Shown one piece after another: positions 58,378 to 64,000 of a stretch of DNA of 64,000 bases. The stretch comes from an uncultured virus (IMG/VR IMGVR_UViG_3300042257_000233) (Duplodnaviria; Heunggongvirae; Uroviricota; Caudoviricetes): IMG/VR virus record IMGVR_UViG_3300042257_000233. The stretch is one strand, 5' to 3'. How positions within the stretch are numbered: position 1 is the stretch's first letter; each line of letters begins with the position of its first letter. A program made the position numbers and the translations under genes. Under the pieces are notes generated by a model. The model made no database searches. It saw only the letters and a program-made list of their open reading frames with translations, and was not told the origin of the DNA.

Positions 58378-58761
58378 ATGAGTGAAGCAGACGTTAGAAT
58401 CGCAAAACTCGAACAGAGACAGGAGAGCTGCGAGTCTCGATTGTCCGCTGTAGAAGACACACAGAAACAGATCACGGAGATCAGAGACCTTCTGCTGGTT
58501 ATACAGTCTGATTTGCAACATGAGATCAAGGACTTCGATGATAAGCGTCTGCGCTGCATGAAGGAATTCGACGCACGCTACGTGCAGCATTCGCAACTGA
58601 ACAGCTGTGTGCAGAAGCAGATCGATAGTGACCGCGAGAAGCGGAGTGAAACCACCAGCCGCAGCACGCTGATATTTGGCAGAGTTTTGGATATCGCCTT
58701 TAAGCTCTGCGTGGTACTGGCGGCAGGATACGCAGTGTACAGCGCTGCGATGGGAGGATAG
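58378..58761 (+). CDS. coiled-coil protein with C-terminal TM helix (lysis-cassette type)
   Basis: RIAKLEQR...hydrophobic C-terminus. Confidence 0.55.
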   Translation: MSEADVRIAKLEQRQESCESRLSAVEDTQKQITEIRDLLLVIQSDLQHEIKDFDDKRLRCMKEFDARYVQHSQLNSCVQKQIDSDREKRSETTSRSTLIFGRVLDIAFKLCVVLAAGYAVYSAAMGG

Positions 58762-58762
58762 G

Positions 58763-59206
58763 GTGATAAAAGAGATAATCGGCGCAGTGGCAGGAGCAAT
58801 AAAACCAGCTACAGACTTGGTGGATAATCTCACCACCACCACCGAAGAAAAAATGCAACTGCGCAATGCGCTGGAACAATTACAGAACCAAGTAACCACC
58901 AAGCTGATAGACTATGATACCGAAGTGGCAAAGGCAAAAGCTGAGATCATGAAAGCAGAATTGCAGCAGGATGACAAATTTACCAAGCGAGCACGTCCAT
59001 GGATTATTTATGGCGGATTGATTGCGCTGGGGCTTAACCACATCATGCTACCATGGGCGGCATGGATAATGACAGCGGTAGGCGCAACCACCGAAGCATT
59101 ACCAGCAATTAACCTGCCAGGTGAATTTTGGCTTGCATGGGGTGGGGCGGCTGGTGTTTACGCTTTTCGCCGGACTTCTGAGAAGCTAACCAAGGCAAAG
59201 GGGTAG
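58763..59206 (+). CDS. holin, 3TM (GTA-holin-like)
   Basis: GTG start after GGAGG; T.EEK...DKFTKRARP + TM...G.Y...RT.EK. Confidence 0.8.
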   Translation: MIKEIIGAVAGAIKPATDLVDNLTTTTEEKMQLRNALEQLQNQVTTKLIDYDTEVAKAKAEIMKAELQQDDKFTKRARPWIIYGGLIALGLNHIMLPWAAWIMTAVGATTEALPAINLPGEFWLAWGGAAGVYAFRRTSEKLTKAKG

Positions 59207-59209
59207 GAT

Positions 59210-59431
59210 ATGGATAAGCTCTATCATTTCTGCGGCTGTGCCGTAGTGGCCTTTGGTGCCGGGGTGCTGTGGAAGAACCCGGCGGCAGGCTACGGTGTGG
59301 CGGTAACGGCAGGCATCCTGAAGGAAGAAGCAGACGATCGGCCCGGCGGCAGCGGCTACGACAAACTGGATATCCGGGCTGATGTAATGGGCGCGCTGGT
59401 AGGGAGCTGCGCTGCAATGCTGGTGTTGTGA
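59210..59431 (+). CDS. small membrane protein (DK..HF...KE..D...D..AD family)
   Basis: MDKLYHF...GILKEEADD...DIRADVMG. Confidence 0.65.
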   Translation: MDKLYHFCGCAVVAFGAGVLWKNPAAGYGVAVTAGILKEEADDRPGGSGYDKLDIRADVMGALVGSCAAMLVL

Positions 59432-59874
59432 TGGCGCAGGAAGTTTTTGTTTTTGATGCCCGTCGTAACGCGGTGACGGGAAAATTCGGCAACATGGATA
59501 TTGTGCGGGGGCAGCCGCTTACCGGGGGTAAATGGTTGAAGAACGTGGTTGTGTTCCAAAACACTGACGGTGATCTGAAAGAGTACCCATCCAGCAGCAA
59601 CACATCAGAGACGGCGACCGTGCGCACAGCACGGTATGCATTAGATGAAGCGGGAGAAGAGCGGATAGGCAAGATAAAAGTGGTGTATGAAGGCACTGCT
59701 ACAGTGATGGTGTACAGTTACAACCACCGTTACGAGACTACCCCGTACCGGGTGATTACCTGCACCGGAATAAGCAGTGACACATGGTTTGTGTTACCGC
59801 TGAACGTGAAATCTTCGTTTATAGAGATACAAGTGAGTGGGTTTACCACTTTGAAGGCAATTTTCATACAGTAG
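59428..59874 (+). CDS. tail nozzle protein, C-terminal part, module B
   Basis: Aligns with the last ~145 aa of 11206-15381. Confidence 0.7.
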   Translation: MMAQEVFVFDARRNAVTGKFGNMDIVRGQPLTGGKWLKNVVVFQNTDGDLKEYPSSSNTSETATVRTARYALDEAGEERIGKIKVVYEGTATVMVYSYNHRYETTPYRVITCTGISSDTWFVLPLNVKSSFIEIQVSGFTTLKAIFIQ

Positions 59875-59883
59875 GAGGCAGGG

Positions 59884-61467
59884 ATGGCATGGTATTCTGC
59901 ACCGTTAGTGCTAGGAGCGATTGACAGCGCGAGACATTATTTTAACAAGCCCAAGCAGCAGCAGCCGGACACGGGCTGGATGCAGAGATTTATAAACAAT
60001 TGGAAGGGTGAAGTGAGTTCTAACACCACCCAGAATCGCATTATGCGGGATGCGCAGCGCACCATAGGCGCGAATGCCACCAGAGCGAACCAGCAGATAG
60101 GGTATGATTTGGCACGTACCGGAAATGAAGGATTAGCCGCCAGTGCAATACTGCAAACGCAGAAGAACAGCAACGCAGCGGGGCAAAACGCATTGCAGTA
60201 TGCCAGCAGGCAGCAGGAGCAGGACAACACCCGCTACCAGAATAAAATAGAGAATCTGGAGATGATGCGGGAGCGGATAGAGGCAGAGGCGCGGCAGCGG
60301 CACAACGTGGCAATGGATGAATGGAAGCAGGGCTGGGGCGATGTGGCCATGAATACCGCTGGTCGATTGGCAACCGCCGGGATGAACGAGATGGCACGCA
60401 ATGCAGCAGAGCTGAAACAGCAGGGCACCAGGGAAGAGAGCGCAGGCATCCTGAACAAACTGATGGACGGGAGCCTGAACGATGCTGACCTGCAGGAAGC
60501 AGTACGCAGCGGCGCAATGACGGTGAACGAAGCATGGCGCTACGCACAGACCATGGACAGCCAGGGTGATGACCAAGCCTATTTTGATGCAGTGAAAAAG
60601 CTGGCAGGTGGCACGCACGAATGGAACCCTGAATTTGATACCGGGCAGAACATGAAGCTGCTGCAACTGAGTATACCGGATGAAACCAACTCTGGAGAAG
60701 CGTATTACAACGAGCTGGCAGGGATATTGAAAAGTGACCGGGCATTTGATCCGAAGATGACGACACAGCAGAACGTGAATATACTGCGTAGCAGCCAGAC
60801 GGCAGACACCGGGGAAGAGCAGAACAAAGTGTATTATGGCATGAGTACCAACCCAGACCTTACCCCGGAGCAGGTAGATGCAGCGGTAAATGCCGGAGCA
60901 ATAACGCCACAGATGGGTTTGAACCTGCAAAAACGCTTTGCCACGGAAGATATTGAGACCGACTGGTACAAAGGCGAAGATGGGCTGGAGCACCAGCAGG
61001 CAAACATTAATGGACAATGGGTGGACACTGGCATCACACGCAAGGCAAACTACAATGCCAGCGCAGACAAACGACAGCAAAAAGCACAGCAGGATTTGGT
61101 TACCTTTGGCAATGAACTGGAGGTATACTCGAAGTTTACTAATAATGCCGCAGCTGAGGATATGCGAGACCTGGTAAGTAACATTACCACCATCCCGCTG
61201 GATGAGGCGCAGGACAGGCTGTATAATTATGTTAACGGAATGGACTTGCCTATCAAAGGTGGAAATAGCATTGAATACCCTGGACCAAAAGGGGAAAAGA
61301 TAAAAATAACTTTGGCCGGTGACAGCGACGAGGCGAAGTTATTTGATGCACGGATGAAGATTTACACCCGGCTCACTAAAGCGTTGAACAACATACGGCT
61401 GAATATGGGCGAGCAGACGACGCCTGATAATTTTAATGATGACTTTAATCAGTTTGATTGGGACTAA
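59884..61467 (+). CDS. putative ejection protein, module B
   Basis: Q/N/A-rich helical protein before the giant gene. Confidence 0.6.
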   Translation: MAWYSAPLVLGAIDSARHYFNKPKQQQPDTGWMQRFINNWKGEVSSNTTQNRIMRDAQRTIGANATRANQQIGYDLARTGNEGLAASAILQTQKNSNAAGQNALQYASRQQEQDNTRYQNKIENLEMMRERIEAEARQRHNVAMDEWKQGWGDVAMNTAGRLATAGMNEMARNAAELKQQGTREESAGILNKLMDGSLNDADLQEAVRSGAMTVNEAWRYAQTMDSQGDDQAYFDAVKKLAGGTHEWNPEFDTGQNMKLLQLSIPDETNSGEAYYNELAGILKSDRAFDPKMTTQQNVNILRSSQTADTGEEQNKVYYGMSTNPDLTPEQVDAAVNAGAITPQMGLNLQKRFATEDIETDWYKGEDGLEHQQANINGQWVDTGITRKANYNASADKRQQKAQQDLVTFGNELEVYSKFTNNAAAEDMRDLVSNITTIPLDEAQDRLYNYVNGMDLPIKGGNSIEYPGPKGEKIKITLAGDSDEAKLFDARMKIYTRLTKALNNIRLNMGEQTTPDNFNDDFNQFDWD

Positions 61468-61470
61468 GCA

Positions 61471-64000
61471 ATGGCACAATATAACAGAGACCAATACCTC
61501 TTTGCACAGAAGATGACAAGTAAGTACAGCGTGCCTGCATACCGGGCAATGCTGCAACCAGAGCAGCGAGATAAGCTGCAAAAGATGCAGAACTACTTGA
61601 ATACCTATCAGCAGAATTTTGAGGCTGAGGAGCGGCAAATGGCGTTTAATACGCTGCCGCTGGACGAACGAACGGGGCAGGGATTACCACAACCACGCAG
61701 GGAGCGCATTGAATCTTTCTCTCAGATGCCGCTTGATGAGAGAACAGGGGAGACTTTGCCTGAGCGTCCACTGGAGAAAAAACCGGGGGTATTTCAGCAG
61801 ATGGTTGATGTGTTCAGGAAGAAACCGGAGCCGGCAGCAGGGCCTACCGTAGACCTGGCAGACCCACAGTCAGAAGAAGATGAACAGCTACAGGACTATA
61901 TAGCACAGAGGGAATACGCTGTGCATCGTATATCTCCGGCAAAAGCATATGAGATGATGCAGCTGAAGCCGATGTACAACCCTAATGATTACTTGAAAAT
62001 GCTTGATCTTGAAGAAGAAAAATATTACCAGAAGAAATACCAACAGATGGATGATACTGCGCGTAATGCTTTTGCTGAAGAATGGGGAATACCAGCAGAG
62101 AAAGTGTTCAGCGAATATGCACCGATAAAAGGGCCGGTTTCTGTTCCTGAAGATTACACTGGACGCGCGGGATTTGAGCCGGTGATGGATGCTGCCACAC
62201 CGACGCTCAGAGCTGAAGCGGAAGAACGCAAGCAAAGGATCGCCGACACAACCATTATGCTTGATGCATTAGCTGCACCATTTGCCGAATTGCCGGTAAA
62301 GAAGATTGAAGGGTTAGTTGATGTAACTAATGCAGCGCTTAGTAAGATTACAGGCATCAACGTACCGGATGACAGAGGTGGCGCACTGGCTGAAGTGCGT
62401 AAAGTGCTGGATGAAGTAGGCGGAGCAGCAGCGGAAAAATACACAACCGCTGCCAAGGTTGGTGGCGCCGGAGCTGGTTTAGCAGAATTTATCGTTGATC
62501 TGGCTGTACTGAAGGGAGCGACCGGGATAACGAGCACCCCTGTTCTTTTTGCCATGAACTCAATGGTAAACAATGCGCCTGAAGTGGTTACTGGGCAGAT
62601 AAGCAGAGAGGACTATCTGAAGTCAATTGGAGTGAGTGGGTTAACCGGTTTAATGTTTAATGCGACAACCGCCGCAGCACGGAGCATTGGGGCAGAGAAG
62701 GCAATAGCTGGCAAATTGGTAAAATGGATGCCGGAAAGCATGAGCGTGGGCGAAGCCGCAGCGTTGTCCGGCAAACTTGGTCGAGTATTAGGAGCCCCCA
62801 TCCCAGCAGCAGGGGCAGCGGCAGCAGGAGCAGGCAGCCAAGTGATGCAGAACGTGCTTAACCACGAAGACGATATACTGAAGGGAGTGCCAGAGAGTGC
62901 AACCCAATTAGCGCTCTACAGTTTTATTACCTCAGTAGCGCCCATGGTGGTGGGGCCAAACCGCATACGTGGTGCAGAGCTGAAGACCGGGATGAAAGCT
63001 GCACAGAAGATGTTCGATGAGACGCTGTTCAGGCAGCAGGTAATTGACCACAAAGTTCCTGACCACGTGATATTGAGTGCGCGACAGCTACGCGATATAT
63101 GGCAGACCGGCAAGCTGACAACTGCAGAAGAAAAGAGCCTGGTGCAAGAGCTGATGGGTAAAAACGATGCCACGATAAAAGATTTGATACGCAGCAAGCA
63201 TGGGCTTGATATCGAGATAGGGGCAGGCAAGATTGTGCGGCTGGTGGATAAACCATATTGGAGCAAGATCAAAGGCATTTTCCGGCTTGATCCGTACATG
63301 AAGACGGTGAAGCGTACAACCGGCGAGATGAAAGCGTACCGCACCAGCTATGGCAAGCGGCTGGGTGAGCAGCTGAATGAGGCTGAGCAGGCGATATTGG
63401 CTGGAGATACAGCAGCAGCGCAGCGCACCATGGGGCTGATAGATGCGAACCGCAAAACCATATTGAAGAATGCAGAAGGTGATGCGCCGGTGATAAAGAA
63501 GCGCATTGCTGCCATAGAAACACAATTGGCAGGAGGAGCCGTTGAAACGCAGGAACCGCTGGAAGTGCCCGCACAACCCACCAAAACAGAAATACGCGAA
63601 CAAGCCGAAGACACTACAAAGCCAAAGGTAAAGAGCAGGAAGCCGAAAGCAAAAAGTAAGAAGCCAAAGGCAGAGCGCAAGAAGCAGAAGACCTATGTAC
63701 GTACCAGCAAGGGAGTATTTGAAGTAGAGCGAGAAACTGATAAAAGCTGGATACTTACCAATGGTACCATTGCGCGCAAAAGTGCCAAAGGCAACAGCAT
63801 ATCTACCGAGATGGCATATAAGCGAAGTCTTGCCCGGCGCAAAGCACCCAGTAAACGCAAAGTAACCGACGAGGTGAACCTGCGCACCAGCAATATCACG
63901 CCAGAGCGCACACCATTTCTTGACCATTTTAAAAGCACCGGGATGCAAACCAGTGATGTTGATTTGAAGAACTACCGCATCGGGATAAAGCCATTATTCA
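61471..64000 (+). CDS. second giant ejection/polyvalent protein (truncated at window end; absent from the ORF track)
   Basis: ATG 61471 MAQYNRDQ...; no stops in the stretches I translated; in frame with the shared KPKAE.KKQKTYVRTSKG segment. Confidence 0.85.
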   Translation, partial: MAQYNRDQYLFAQKMTSKYSVPAYRAMLQPEQRDKLQKMQNYLNTYQQNFEAEERQMAFNTLPLDERTGQGLPQPRRERIESFSQMPLDERTGETLPERPLEKKPGVFQQMVDVFRKKPEPAAGPTVDLADPQSEEDEQLQDYIAQREYAVHRISPAKAYEMMQLKPMYNPNDYLKMLDLEEEKYYQKKYQQMDDTARNAFAEEWGIPAEKVFSEYAPIKGPVSVPEDYTGRAGFEPVMDAATPTLRAEAEERKQRIADTTIMLDALAAPFAELPVKKIEGLVDVTNAALSKITGINVPDDRGGALAEVRKVLDEVGGAAAEKYTTAAKVGGAGAGLAEFIVDLAVLKGATGITSTPVLFAMNSMVNNAPEVVTGQISREDYLKSIGVSGLTGLMFNATTAAARSIGAEKAIAGKLVKWMPESMSVGEAAALSGKLGRVLGAPIPAAGAAAAGAGSQVMQNVLNHEDDILKGVPESATQLALYSFITSVAPMVVGPNRIRGAELKTGMKAAQKMFDETLFRQQVIDHKVPDHVILSARQLRDIWQTGKLTTAEEKSLVQELMGKNDATIKDLIRSKHGLDIEIGAGKIVRLVDKPYWSKIKGIFRLDPYMKTVKRTTGEMKAYRTSYGKRLGEQLNEAEQAILAGDTAAAQRTMGLIDANRKTILKNAEGDAPVIKKRIAAIETQLAGGAVETQEPLEVPAQPTKTEIREQAEDTTKPKVKSRKPKAKSKKPKAERKKQKTYVRTSKGVFEVERETDKSWILTNGTIARKSAKGNSISTEMAYKRSLARRKAPSKRKVTDEVNLRTSNITPERTPFLDHFKSTGMQTSDVDLKNYRIGIKPLF
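63650..64000 (+). repeat. direct repeat copy 2
   Basis: Matches 19081-19431 and runs off the window end. Confidence 0.97.

Noticed and set aside
63650..64000. Simple circular-assembly terminal overlap
   Set aside because: The copies differ at several mostly synonymous sites, and copy 1 is internal with different upstream DNA; a chimeric join of two phages is still possible

Overview
The whole window is tailed-phage DNA (podovirus-like, P22/N4-style morphogenesis); no host housekeeping, rRNA, tRNA or CRISPR features were seen. It holds two different head-tail-ejection modules in the same orientation. Module A (about 2.3-25 kb, AT-richer) has HNH, TerS, TerL, portal, scaffold, an SU10/DUF5309-like capsid, nozzle, ejection proteins and a 2675-aa polyvalent protein. 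Module B (about 41-64 kb) has its own TerS, TerL, portal, scaffold, an N4-like capsid, a tandem glycosyltransferase, a nozzle split into two genes, holin, ejection proteins and a second giant protein cut off at the window end. Between them are an amidase endolysin, a cI/cro switch, a DNA methyltransferase, a primase-helicase with a likely origin, and two convergent catalytic-domain-only tyrosine recombinases. The two giant genes have unrelated ~730-740-aa N-termini but become ~97% identical and in frame at 19081-19431 / 63650-64000. The 44,569-bp interval between these copies reads as one complete phage genome, so the window is either a two-phage cointegrate/tandem or an assembly chimera. Module B carries a diversity-generating retroelement (VR 56300-56412, TR 56457-56569, 22 mismatches all at TR adenines, YCDD reverse transcriptase). 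It has no avd gene but a different small gene coupled to the RT, and it sits in a 4.7-kb block between the two halves of the nozzle. Other notable items are a type II hammerhead ribozyme (1497-1557, minus), a repeated structured leader, a stand-alone copy of an internal domain of the giant protein, dif-like repeats, and an integron-cassette-like boundary around the methyltransferase. Family assignments are from motif recognition by eye, not database searches.
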